The position numbers and the translations under genes were made by a program. The notes beneath the pieces were generated by a model. That model saw only the letters and a program-made list of their open reading frames with translations, was not told the origin of the DNA and did not search any database. Of a DNA stretch of 64,000 nt, positions 28,494-37,816 are shown one piece after another (the stretch's first letter is position 1; every line of letters starts with the position of its first letter). Source of the DNA: a virus (taxonomy: Duplodnaviria > Heunggongvirae > Uroviricota > Caudoviricetes). The DNA is taken from IMG/VR virus record IMGVR_UViG_2609460125_000009; one strand, 5' to 3'.

Positions 28494-28919
28494 ATGACAG
28501 CTATTAAGAAACTCTACGATGCCGCAAACGTGGCTCTGGATGTTATTGATGATGAAGTAGCAAAAGGCTTTCCTGAACCTGATTGGGCGCATCAGCTACG
28601 AAACGCTATCGCAGAAATGACCCCACCAGATCCAACCCCCGACGAGACAGACTGGCAGCGATTCATCCGTATGTACGCTCAGGAAATAGGTCCAACGCCA
28701 ACGGCAGAGCAAGCAATGCTGCTGAAATACTTCAAAGAGGCGGGGGAGGATTTACCAATTGATGACTCAGCATATTGGTTCCACTGCGCATGGCGTAAGT
28801 ATGACGTGATATTCACACAAGGCATGGGGAGCAAAGATATGGTTGTGTGGCATCTACTCCATATAGACACAGCCGTTGACAGAGTTATTGAACAGTTTTT
28901 CCCTAAACAAGAAGATTGA
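28494..28919 (+). CDS. hypothetical protein
   Basis: 141 aa; conserved AAAACAATTTGTTTAA ... AAAACATG upstream context. Confidence 0.55.
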   Translation: MTAIKKLYDAANVALDVIDDEVAKGFPEPDWAHQLRNAIAEMTPPDPTPDETDWQRFIRMYAQEIGPTPTAEQAMLLKYFKEAGEDLPIDDSAYWFHCAWRKYDVIFTQGMGSKDMVVWHLLHIDTAVDRVIEQFFPKQED

Positions 28920-28974
28920 TCGCCTATTCATAACTACCAAAATAAGTAAACACTAACCACAAAAGGAAAAACAC

Positions 28975-29250
28975 ATGAGAGTTTTAGTTCGAATCGTTAC
29001 CAGCACTGTCTATGACGCATTTCCGCTTTTTATCGTCAAAGCCGATGGCCTTAACGACGAAGAAACTGACGCGCTGATCCAGCGTACTCTTGTTGAATAT
29101 ACAGGTCATGACGCTGATTCAGTGATGGTTGATGATGATGGTGTTTGTTGGCATAACGGCAACTGTTGGTACGTAGAAGAGACTCAACAAATCAGTGATG
29201 AAGATGCCGCACATCTTGAGCGTATTTTAAGCATCAGCACTTTTGAGTGA
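28975..29250 (+). CDS. hypothetical acidic protein (91 aa)
   Basis: Conserved GGAAAAACACATG context; Asp/Glu-rich. Confidence 0.5.
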   Translation: MRVLVRIVTSTVYDAFPLFIVKADGLNDEETDALIQRTLVEYTGHDADSVMVDDDGVCWHNGNCWYVEETQQISDEDAAHLERILSISTFE

Positions 29251-29289
29251 GTTTACAGTAAAATTTATATAAGTTAGTATCTACCTATC

Positions 29290-29469
29290 ATGAAGATTTT
29301 TATTGAATACTTGTTACTCATCGTTTCAATAGCTTTTGTCATCGACTGCATTTTCACCGGTGTCATTCGTAAAGTCTTTTCCCCGGTGAACGACGTAGTC
29401 ATAAACGCTTTGGCTATCGTGCTCGTATTTAATTCAGCATTTGATGTAATCAAAGAGGTGGCAGCATGA
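29290..29469 (+). CDS. small membrane protein (59 aa)
   Basis: Hydrophobic ORF below the track cutoff; stop overlaps next start. Confidence 0.35.
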   Translation: MKIFIEYLLLIVSIAFVIDCIFTGVIRKVFSPVNDVVINALAIVLVFNSAFDVIKEVAA

Positions 29470-29801
29470 AGGCCATCCCATTCACTCTGTTGTTCCTTTC
29501 CTCGATCGTTGTGGCCGACACCACTGTTTATCAGTGTGAAATGTCTGTAGCCGACGTTAAGAATGGCGCTCTTACCGACGTCATAAAAGCACCATATGGA
29601 GCGATGGTCGTAGACAGCGGCGACCAGTTCTATGTTGTGCGTGACGATCGAGTGTTGTCATCCCCATATCTCACAAACCGTAATGGCAAATTAACCGGCG
29701 TCGGAGAAGACCACTTCGTATACAACAAATACAAGGGCTTCTATGGCGTTCACGCTTCTCAGCAAAGCTACCTTTTCGATGACTGCAAGGAGGTTGGATA
29801 A
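29466..29801 (+). CDS. secreted/periplasmic hypothetical protein
   Basis: N-terminal signal peptide MKAIPFTLLFLSSIVVA. Confidence 0.5.
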   Translation: MKAIPFTLLFLSSIVVADTTVYQCEMSVADVKNGALTDVIKAPYGAMVVDSGDQFYVVRDDRVLSSPYLTNRNGKLTGVGEDHFVYNKYKGFYGVHASQQSYLFDDCKEVG

Positions 29802-30013
29802 TGGCATTAACACTGGCAGGTCTGGAAATCGAGAAAACAAGCGGCTACTGGCGTGCTAAGGGTTTCAAGCAGCCTGGCATTCTTGAGCGTCTGGAACGTG
29901 AAGATGGGTATATCGTCCACCAGCGGCGTGAATGGCGTATGTACGATCCAGAAACAGGAAAACTGACTACAAAAGCCGGAACACTTTGGGGCCTGTTGAA
30001 GAAAATACACTAA
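29801..30013 (+). CDS. hypothetical protein (70 aa)
   Basis: ORF in track; overlapping stop/start. Confidence 0.45.
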   Translation: MALTLAGLEIEKTSGYWRAKGFKQPGILERLEREDGYIVHQRREWRMYDPETGKLTTKAGTLWGLLKKIH

Positions 30014-30491
30014 TAGCACCAACCACTGCGGTGAGTAGCCAGCTCACCGCATTCGTATCAGCTCATTATCCACTGTGGTCTGCAGTCCTCTCTTCCTACA
30101 TATCTGCTAACCACTGTAGCGAGTAGACAGCCTTTCATTCGCATCAAACAACCACTATGGTGAGTATTGGAGTGAGATGTACAGCGGGTATCCACTATGG
30201 TGAGTAAGCCTTTGCTGTTTTCAGTGGATATCCACTCGCCACAGTGGATACGCTCAAAGATGAGGGCGACAACAACCACTATAGACAGTAAATTTTCCAA
30301 GATACCCAGTGACCACTAACCTCGCAGCCCTTGTTTCATCAGTGTTAGTGATCACTAACATTTGATTCAGTATTTGCATTCTACTGCCTACAGTGGTTAT
30401 CAACAGATAACGATACTCACTATAGTGGATAGCGAATTACAGATATAAGTAAGGCTCACTACAGTGGATAGTGAGCCTTACTACTAACTAC
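30011..30491. repeat. iteron array downstream of rep (incA-like): ~10 copies of the palindromic core CCACT(A/G)T(A/G)GTGG in both orientations
   Basis: e.g. aaccactatggtgagta (30141, 30181), accactatagacagta (30265), ctcactatagtggatag (30406), ctcactacagtggatagtgag (30445). Confidence 0.7.
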
Positions 30492-30501
30492 AGTGGTTGG
30501 G

Positions 30502-31557
30502 CTATTTGCGAGTCTTTGCCTTGCGCAACTCTTCGAGAAGCGCCAGTTCTTCTTTACTCAACATGACCATTTTGCCTTCTTTTTCGTCAGGCACAACGTC
30601 GATAATGTCATCTTGATTCTCATCTGGGAGGCTATATTCCGTCTCATCATTATCGATTTTTGTTGATATTTGTGCCTGGCGTAACTTTGGCCGCCTATAG
30701 TGGATGACGAAGTAGACCGAGTTTCCGCGCTTAACTTCCGTGTAATCGAGATATCCTATCTCTCGCAGCTGTTCCATAGCCTTTCTTACCGTCGCATTCT
30801 GAGTAATAGTGCGACTTGTCAGATTAAGTCTGGCGCGTAAACGGGCTAGTGATATTGGTGCCGGATCAGGCGGCAAACTTTCAATAAAAGTATAAAGCGC
30901 CTGAGCGGATTCTTTTCTTGAGAGTTCGTTTATAGCCCGGAGTTGCAGAAGAACCTTTTTGTCGAACTGGTAGAGTTCGAAAATCTTGGGATCTGCTTTC
31001 AGTTCGACCGTATCGTGCTTGACACTATATTTTGCCGTTTGCACAAGATGCGTTACGTAAAACTCATCAGAGCCTTTGCTACGGAACGAGATGGTATTTG
31101 TGGCAATACGGCTTAGCGAACTGTCCAGGCGTTTGCGTAACTTCGCTGATGACCTGGCGGTCGGAATGCCACACAGCCTTACAAACTCAACGAACGGCAA
31201 CGTGACAGTATCGCCAACGACCTTGTGTTTGGCAAACGCGTGGATTATTCCCACCCACGTTTTAAAGTCGTTATCCATATCAAGCCGAAGGCCAGAGATC
31301 CTTATGTCTTCGTACCCTTCGGCTTTTGCCAGAGACAGCTGTTTGAGTTCAGCAGAGGCATCCATAGAGACCATTTGCCCCTTTCTTCCTCTGGATGTCG
31401 ATTTCAGCGTCGGAACGAAGAGGCCCAGACGCATCAAAGCAACAGGCTGAACAGTGTTATTAGTGTTAGGAACCAACGTAACAACTTCGCCTGTCTTTTT
31501 ATCTGTTTCTGAAAATGCTTCAACGATCGCTATGTTTTTATTGCCGTTTTCGCTCAT
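30502..31557 (-). CDS. iteron-binding plasmid replication initiator (RepA/Rep_3-like)
   Basis: 351-aa protein flanked on both sides by iteron arrays, adjacent to DnaA boxes and GATC cluster; family assignment from architecture and general sequence character. Confidence 0.7.
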   Translation of the reverse strand: MSENGNKNIAIVEAFSETDKKTGEVVTLVPNTNNTVQPVALMRLGLFVPTLKSTSRGRKGQMVSMDASAELKQLSLAKAEGYEDIRISGLRLDMDNDFKTWVGIIHAFAKHKVVGDTVTLPFVEFVRLCGIPTARSSAKLRKRLDSSLSRIATNTISFRSKGSDEFYVTHLVQTAKYSVKHDTVELKADPKIFELYQFDKKVLLQLRAINELSRKESAQALYTFIESLPPDPAPISLARLRARLNLTSRTITQNATVRKAMEQLREIGYLDYTEVKRGNSVYFVIHYRRPKLRQAQISTKIDNDETEYSLPDENQDDIIDVVPDEKEGKMVMLSKEELALLEELRKAKTRK

Positions 31558-31602
31558 TCCAAATGTCTCTTGTTATTCGACGGCTTTGGTGGCCTTTGCT
31601 GA

Positions 31603-31722
31603 TTACAGTGGATAGTAGCACTCATCACAGCGGTTATCCTACCGTCTATAGTGGTTTTTCTCCTCTCTATAGTGGTTGCTTTGCTCCCTATAGTGGATTA
31701 TTCGCTCTCTATAGTGGATATC
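31603..31722. repeat. iteron array upstream of rep (incC-like): direct repeats ctctatagtgg at ~20-bp spacing
   Basis: ctatagtggtttttc, ctctatagtggttgc, cctatagtggatta, ctctatagtggatat. Confidence 0.75.
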
Positions 31723-31740
31723 GATCATGTCTGAAGGCAG

Positions 31741-32220
31741 ATGGCGCAACGGTTTGAGGTGGGCGGGGATCTTATTGGGTCTTTATGGGTCTCTTTGGTT
31801 CTCTTTGTGATCTGAATTACTGGATCGGGCCTGTGGATAAAAATCAGAGGATTTCAAGAACAGGTAACTCTACTCTTCTGTGGATATTTAAGGACATAAG
31901 AATCATGACTAAGAGTAGAGTTTAAAATATATCTATGTATATCAGTATGTTAATGAAGAATTAAGTCATTAAGTTATCCATAAAAGACAATGTGCTCTAC
32001 TCTCTACAGTGGATATATACAGCTCTCCAGAGTGGTTGTTTTACTCTTCATAGCGGTTATTCAGCTCTCTACAGAGGTTTCTTTGCTCTCCATAGTGGAT
32101 GGCAACACCCTTTCAGACCAGTAACCGCAACGGCTAGAGGCGATCGGGGATCTCTTTGGATCTTCTATTTGATCTTACTTGGGATCTCTTATTTGGATCT
32201 ATCCAGTGGATAACTGGGAT
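31741..32220. promoter_or_regulatory. origin-like region: two copies of a module (GCAACGG.TAGAGG..GGGGATCT + GATC cluster + DnaA box) separated by a second iteron array (31995-32102)
   Basis: DnaA boxes tgtggataa (31832-31840, perfect TTATCCACA on the other strand), near-matches at 31879-31887, 31974-31982, 32205-32213; six GATC within 32143-32200. Confidence 0.6.
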
Positions 32221-32300
32221 AAGTAAAACAGGCAAATGCAGATTAAGGTATGCCTAATGAGTTATCGTAGCATCGGCCAATAACTACTGAAAAAACGATT

Positions 32301-32945
32301 ATGGATCTAAAACGCACGCGCTGGGTTCGTCGTCTTGAGGACGGCTCCTACACTATCGAATCAAATTCCAACCTGAATAAGCAGAAGTTACTTTGTGATA
32401 TCTGCGGTATAGCGGCGAAGTGCCCGATCTACGAAACCAGAATTAAACTTGATAAGGCTGGTGTGAACTTTCATTTGAATAGTTGTATCAGGTACGTTCC
32501 ATTGCTCGCATTTCGTAAACCGATCATCGGATTGGATGCGCCCTACTTCAACACACTCCGTTCAGGAGTAACGTGGCGAGATCGTTTATCACCAGACAAA
32601 CTGATTTGCCTTGTATCCGCAGATACAGGAAAAATCATTCGTTTTGGGAAAGTAGACAAGGTTTACTCAGGCCCAGTTGACGAGATGTTGCGGAAACACA
32701 GCCGGTTTAATCACCTCTGCATGGGTGGTGAGAAAATAGAGAAGGTTGAAGAAGTGATCCGCAAATCCTACGGACACTTCCTGACCAAAGATAGCCTGCT
32801 CACTGCAATCTACATCAGACATGTAAAACGTGAGTTCGACCTTGAATACCATAGCGAAGAAGAACTGAACCTTGTCGATCCACGTCCTAAAGCTGGCGTC
32901 ATAAGCATAAATGCAGCGCGTAAAAAGCCCACTGACGCGCTGTAA
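32301..32945 (+). CDS. hypothetical protein
   Basis: 214-aa ORF followed by hairpin terminator ggcgtagat-agaa-tctacgcc. Confidence 0.5.
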   Translation: MDLKRTRWVRRLEDGSYTIESNSNLNKQKLLCDICGIAAKCPIYETRIKLDKAGVNFHLNSCIRYVPLLAFRKPIIGLDAPYFNTLRSGVTWRDRLSPDKLICLVSADTGKIIRFGKVDKVYSGPVDEMLRKHSRFNHLCMGGEKIEKVEEVIRKSYGHFLTKDSLLTAIYIRHVKREFDLEYHSEEELNLVDPRPKAGVISINAARKKPTDAL

Positions 32946-33199
32946 CCCTCCAGATCGTATATTGGCGTAGATAGAATCTACGCCCCCTCAAAATAGCTCT
33001 CATAGCGTTCTACAGTGATCCAGTCTTATTTTTAGTCATACAGACAAGCAAAGTTGCGCCACGATAAATAGGTATATACTTACTTATAAATTTTGTATAT
33101 TAAGGCGCTCGTTTCATTCCTAACATACCGTTATGCATAGTTGTTTACCTCCTCATTGCTCTTAGAATTTGTATCAAAATAACCACAAAGGAAAAACAC

Positions 33200-34285
33200 A
33201 TGACTTTGCCATACGGCGTCATTTCTGACTGCCACTACCACAAATGGGATGCGTTCTCCACGACGAACGCTGAGGGGCTTAACTCCAGACTTGAAATACA
33301 GTTGGAAGCAACGAAAGAAGCAGCCATCGCCATGAAGAAGGCCGGTTGTACGTACATGTTGGTTGCCGGTGATACATTTCACGTCCGAGGAACTGTGTCC
33401 CCTTCTGTTTTGCATTACGTAACTGAAACGTACAAGTGGATTATCAACGAGCTTGATCTGACAGTAGTAATGCTGGCCGGTAATCACGATCTTGAAACCA
33501 ACGATTCAGTATATAGCGCCAACGCAGCAGCATCGCTGAGTTCTATCGGCGTGGTAATCGTATGTGGCAAGTGCCCACACTCAATAAAAATTGGTGATGT
33601 GACTGTCCACCTGATTAGCTGGCGTAACAATCATGCGGAGCTTATCAGCGATCTGAAAGCATTACGTAAGAGCGTAGAAGGTGACAATCATGACGTTGTT
33701 ATCCATACATCCATTAACAAAGCCATTCCAACAATGCCTGACGTCGGTATCGATGCGCAGGAGTTAAAGGATATCGGCTTTCGTCTCGTGCTTAGTGGGC
33801 ATTACCACAACCACAAAGAGGTCATTCCTGGAGTTATCAGTGTCGGTGCACTGACTCATCAAAATTGGGGAGATGTTGGATCTCTGGCTGGCTACATGAT
33901 CGTAAACCCGGACGGCAGTTTCAGTCACTACGAAACCAGTGCGCCTAAATTCATTAACCTGGAAGATGATGTTGCTGATGACCAAATTCGCGGCAACTAC
34001 GTGCGTTTCCGCGCCGTAATTGAGAACGATGAAGAAGGCATTAAGTACCAGAACATCCTCAAAACAATGGGTGCAAAAGGTGTCGTGTGCAACTTCATCC
34101 GTAAGTCATCAATGATGGAAGGGACAGCCAGCACAACTGAAACCAGCAAAATCGATAGCCTGGGAGAGTCGGTATCTGCTTATTGCAAGATTGTCCACGA
34201 TACTGACGGCGGATTTGATCTGAGCAAATTGGATATTTTGTGTCAGGAAATCCTCACCGAAGCGGAGAGTTCGGAGGCTGTGTGA
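33200..34285 (+). CDS. SbcD/Mre11-like nuclease (calcineurin-like phosphoesterase)
   Basis: Motifs DCHYH, GDTFH, GNHD; followed by the Rad50-like ATPase. Confidence 0.8.
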   Translation: MTLPYGVISDCHYHKWDAFSTTNAEGLNSRLEIQLEATKEAAIAMKKAGCTYMLVAGDTFHVRGTVSPSVLHYVTETYKWIINELDLTVVMLAGNHDLETNDSVYSANAAASLSSIGVVIVCGKCPHSIKIGDVTVHLISWRNNHAELISDLKALRKSVEGDNHDVVIHTSINKAIPTMPDVGIDAQELKDIGFRLVLSGHYHNHKEVIPGVISVGALTHQNWGDVGSLAGYMIVNPDGSFSHYETSAPKFINLEDDVADDQIRGNYVRFRAVIENDEEGIKYQNILKTMGAKGVVCNFIRKSSMMEGTASTTETSKIDSLGESVSAYCKIVHDTDGGFDLSKLDILCQEILTEAESSEAV

Positions 34286-34514
34286 AGCAAAGTCGTTATG
34301 GGAGCTTTCGAGACTTTGCCATCACGATGAAAAGACTTGAACGAGGCCAGACGGTGATGTTTCACAAGCCCTACCCGCCACAAGGAAATCCCGTAGCGTT
34401 TTATCTTGGAAGGTTAACAAGAAAAGGCGTATTGAGACGCAGATCCTTCCCGGCGCATACGGAGTTCAGATTGAAAGAAGGCCAAAAGCTAACACACGGT
34501 ATCAGAGGTGTTAT

Positions 34515-36431
34515 ATGAAGTTTTTAAAGCTCCAGGTTGAGAATTTTATGGCTATCGCCAGCGCGGAGGTCGAGTTAGATCAGCGTGGTTTAGTGCTCAT
34601 TCAGGGTGTTAATAGTGATGATAGTTCCGCATCAAGTAATGGCTCTGGAAAGTCAACTCTAATGAATAGCCTGATGTGGTGTCTTTATGGCGAAACAGCT
34701 CATGGTGTGAAGGGTGACGATGTGTTGTCTACCGACCATGAAAAGAACTGTCGTGTTGCAGTAACCATCGAGGATGAAGGCAAGAGATACGCAATCATTC
34801 GTCACCGTAAACACAAAGAGTTCAAAAATCGTCTTATCGTTCGTGGTGAAGATGGCGATATGACGAAAGGCAAAGATGCGCTGACGCAGGAGTTCGTCGA
34901 GCGTCTGATCGGTGCATCTAAAGAGGTTTTCATGGCTTCCATCTATGCGAGCCAAGAAGCTATGCCAGATTTACCTGGAATGTCCGACAAAAACCTCAAA
35001 ACCATCGTAGAAGAAGCCGCTGGCGTTGACAGACTGACACGCGCCTACGCTATTGCTCGTGAGCGAGCTAATGCAGCTGCCGCACGTATGGATGTGGTTA
35101 AAACCAAATTGGAGTCGACAATCTCGACCATTGAGGCAACACAGTCAGAAATTGAGTCAGCGAAAGCCTCCTCTGAATCATGGGAGCAAGAGCGTTCTAA
35201 ACGTTATGACGATGCCCTGGCTGGGCTGGCCAGTGCCGAAGTTGAGTTAACGGAAGTTGAACTTGAGATCCGCACTCTTCCCGAACAGATACGTGATACC
35301 GAGAAGGCAATCGAAAGTGAGCGCAAAAAGTTAGCCTCAAAAGAAGAACATGACGCCAAGTTGCTCAAAGTTCGTGGTGCGATAACTGATATTCGGGCAA
35401 GCATCAAAGCTACAGAAAATAGTCAGGCTGATGCAATGAACCGCGCGCGTAATTTTAAGACCAAAGCAGAAGAGGTTGGTACTAAAGTGGGATCACCATG
35501 CCCTACTTGTGGCAAAGCCTACTGCGAAGAAGATCTATCAACGGTGAAGGAGAATTTCATTGAACAAGCACGTCAGGAAATTGGTCAGGCGAAGACACTT
35601 GCAGAGGCAATGGCTAAACACAAAACGAATCTTGAGAAAGCGTTAAGCATTGAGTCTGCCCTTGTTAAAACGACACCTGATGTAACGGCTATCATTGCCC
35701 GGATTGAAGAGCTTACGAAACAACTCTCATCTTTGCGTCATCGTGAGAAGGAGGTTGTTGCTATTGAGTCTCTTGTGACTCGTGCTCGTACTGAGGTCGA
35801 TCGTATATCAAAAGAGATTAATCCGTTTATTGCTCTTATCGCCAGACACGAAGATAACCTGGTATCCAGTAAGTCTACCTTCAAGTCCTTAAAAGATGAG
35901 TTGAAGGCTATTCAGGAACAAACGTTGCTATTGGAAAAAGCTCGTCAGGTCTACTCTCCTGCCGGGGTGCGTTCTCATATTTTGACGTCTGTTACGCCTT
36001 TCCTGAATACACGCACTGCCGAGTATCTCAATACGTTGTCTGACGGGAATATTACTGCTGAGTGGTCGACGATGGATGTCACTAAAAAAGGTGAGTATCG
36101 CGACAAATTCAACATTAGTGTGCAGAAGAAAGGTTCAAGTAAGTCGTTCCAAACCCTCTCTGGTGGTGAGAAGCGGAAGGTTCGCATTGCGTGTTCTTTG
36201 GCATTGCAGGATCTGGTTAGTAACCGGGCGAGTAAAAACATCGATTTGTTTATCGGCGACGAAATTGACGATGCACTCGATACAGCCGGTCTTGAACGCC
36301 TCATGGGTATTCTGGAGTCCAAAGCTCGCGAGCGAGGTACTGTGCTGATTATCTCCCATAAAGAGATGAAGTCGTGGTTCCGGGAAACTATTACGCTGGA
36401 AGTTAAAGAGGGGCGCAGCTATGTCGTTTAA
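34515..36431 (+). CDS. SbcC/Rad50-like ATPase
   Basis: N-terminal Walker A GSGKSTLMNSL, long coiled coil with CPTCGKAYC zinc hook, C-terminal signature LSGGEKRK and Walker B LFIGDEIDDALD. Confidence 0.8.
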   Translation: MKFLKLQVENFMAIASAEVELDQRGLVLIQGVNSDDSSASSNGSGKSTLMNSLMWCLYGETAHGVKGDDVLSTDHEKNCRVAVTIEDEGKRYAIIRHRKHKEFKNRLIVRGEDGDMTKGKDALTQEFVERLIGASKEVFMASIYASQEAMPDLPGMSDKNLKTIVEEAAGVDRLTRAYAIARERANAAAARMDVVKTKLESTISTIEATQSEIESAKASSESWEQERSKRYDDALAGLASAEVELTEVELEIRTLPEQIRDTEKAIESERKKLASKEEHDAKLLKVRGAITDIRASIKATENSQADAMNRARNFKTKAEEVGTKVGSPCPTCGKAYCEEDLSTVKENFIEQARQEIGQAKTLAEAMAKHKTNLEKALSIESALVKTTPDVTAIIARIEELTKQLSSLRHREKEVVAIESLVTRARTEVDRISKEINPFIALIARHEDNLVSSKSTFKSLKDELKAIQEQTLLLEKARQVYSPAGVRSHILTSVTPFLNTRTAEYLNTLSDGNITAEWSTMDVTKKGEYRDKFNISVQKKGSSKSFQTLSGGEKRKVRIACSLALQDLVSNRASKNIDLFIGDEIDDALDTAGLERLMGILESKARERGTVLIISHKEMKSWFRETITLEVKEGRSYVV

Positions 36432-37164
36432 ATTAAGCCGCTCGCAGTTTTTGCAGGTATTTGCAGTGATGCAGTCGATAAAACTGATCAATGGGCATAC
36501 TTCCAATGGTGCGGCTCCACGTATTCTGTGGGGCAGCAACAATATTGACGGAGTACAATTCGCCGCGTTGCTTGGTCTAATATCCGAGACGCCATTGATG
36601 CAAAGTTTGAAATCACTACCACCTGGATGTATTGCGCCGATCCTGATTAATCCTTTTGTTGAGGGGGGATATCTTCCCAACGTCGGGCCTGGGTTTATCG
36701 CAACCCATGAAACTGAAGATCTTAACATTGATAGCGAAGGGTTCTTTGGGGCAATGGATGCGCATCTCTGTATGGCTTTCACGAACCTTATTCGACTTGC
36801 CAATAAGCGGGTGGATAGTTTGGCATCGCCAGGTGATGCTTTTACTGGTTTCCTTATCCAAAGGAGGGATAAAAAGTACAGTGCGGACAAACTACAGTTT
36901 GTTGGTAAGTATGGAGAAATGGTAGAAATCGAACTTCAGCTCCCTCATGTTTTAGCAAACGATAGTGCAGACAGTCGGAGGCTGTTGGGCATCATGCGTC
37001 ATTTCATAGCAAGTGGCGTTAAACATGCCGTAGATAAACGTGTCACGCAGGAAAATGAGTATTCAGACTTTGCAAACTATCCCCAACCAACGTTGCAAAC
37101 GGCAATAGTAGCCAATTCGTTGGAGGCGAGATTATTGGAAAACCCTCTATGGGGAACATGGTAA
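36421..37164 (+). CDS. hypothetical protein
   Basis: 247-aa ORF between SbcC-like and RuvC-like genes. Confidence 0.5.
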   Translation: MSFKLSRSQFLQVFAVMQSIKLINGHTSNGAAPRILWGSNNIDGVQFAALLGLISETPLMQSLKSLPPGCIAPILINPFVEGGYLPNVGPGFIATHETEDLNIDSEGFFGAMDAHLCMAFTNLIRLANKRVDSLASPGDAFTGFLIQRRDKKYSADKLQFVGKYGEMVEIELQLPHVLANDSADSRRLLGIMRHFIASGVKHAVDKRVTQENEYSDFANYPQPTLQTAIVANSLEARLLENPLWGTW

Positions 37165-37173
37165 GGAGACTAT

Positions 37174-37743
37174 ATGAGTAAAAAAATCAGCGTAGTTGGT
37201 GTTGATCCCTCTATGAGCAACTTTGGGCTTGCTGTGGGCACTTTAGACCTTGAAACGGACGAACTTGAGATTCACGGCCTTACTCTTGTTGAGACTAAAG
37301 CGGGGAGTAACAAAAAGACCGTTCGTGTGAACAGTGACGATCTGCGCCGTGCCAGTGAAATATGGCGTGTTGCGAAGCCAATCATTGATAAGGCGAATAT
37401 GGTTTTTTGTGAACTACCGGTTGGGAGCCAAAACTCTCGTTCGCAGACGTCTTACGGTATTTGTATCGGTGTACTTGCGTGTGTGGATAAGCCATTGATC
37501 CAGGTCACTCCAAACGAAATCAAGCATTTTGTTGGCAATAAACTTACTACATCGAAAGAAGAGATTATCCAGTGGGCTACGAAAAAACACCCTAAAGCAC
37601 CGTGGCTGCGTCGTAAGCAATCTGGACAGGATGTTCTCGTGAACAAAAACGAACATTTGGCTGATGCGGTGGCTGCCATCCATACCGGTATGCAAACAGA
37701 TCAGTTTCGCCAGGTGCGCGATGTTCTCAAGTCTCTCATTTGA
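37174..37743 (+). CDS. RuvC-like Holliday junction resolvase
   Basis: N-terminal VVGVDPSMSNFGLAV and downstream acidic residues consistent with the RuvC/RNase H fold. Confidence 0.6.
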   Translation: MSKKISVVGVDPSMSNFGLAVGTLDLETDELEIHGLTLVETKAGSNKKTVRVNSDDLRRASEIWRVAKPIIDKANMVFCELPVGSQNSRSQTSYGICIGVLACVDKPLIQVTPNEIKHFVGNKLTTSKEEIIQWATKKHPKAPWLRRKQSGQDVLVNKNEHLADAVAAIHTGMQTDQFRQVRDVLKSLI

Positions 37744-37816
37744 TCTCATTGATAGGTAAGTGCTTATCTATTAACATGGGCCACTAAATATAGTGGCCCT
37801 CTTTATTTGGTGATAC

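Noticed and set aside
30397-30425. T7-promoter-like string cgatactcactatagtgg
   Set aside because: It is one member of the CCACTATAGTGG iteron series and no single-subunit RNA polymerase gene is present in the window.
34240-34518. 92-aa ORF between SbcD-like and SbcC-like genes
   Set aside because: Mostly overlaps the end of the SbcD-like gene in another frame; no clear start or RBS.
36135-36890. 251-aa minus-strand ORF
   Set aside because: Antisense across the SbcC-like gene end and the next plus-strand gene; no independent support.
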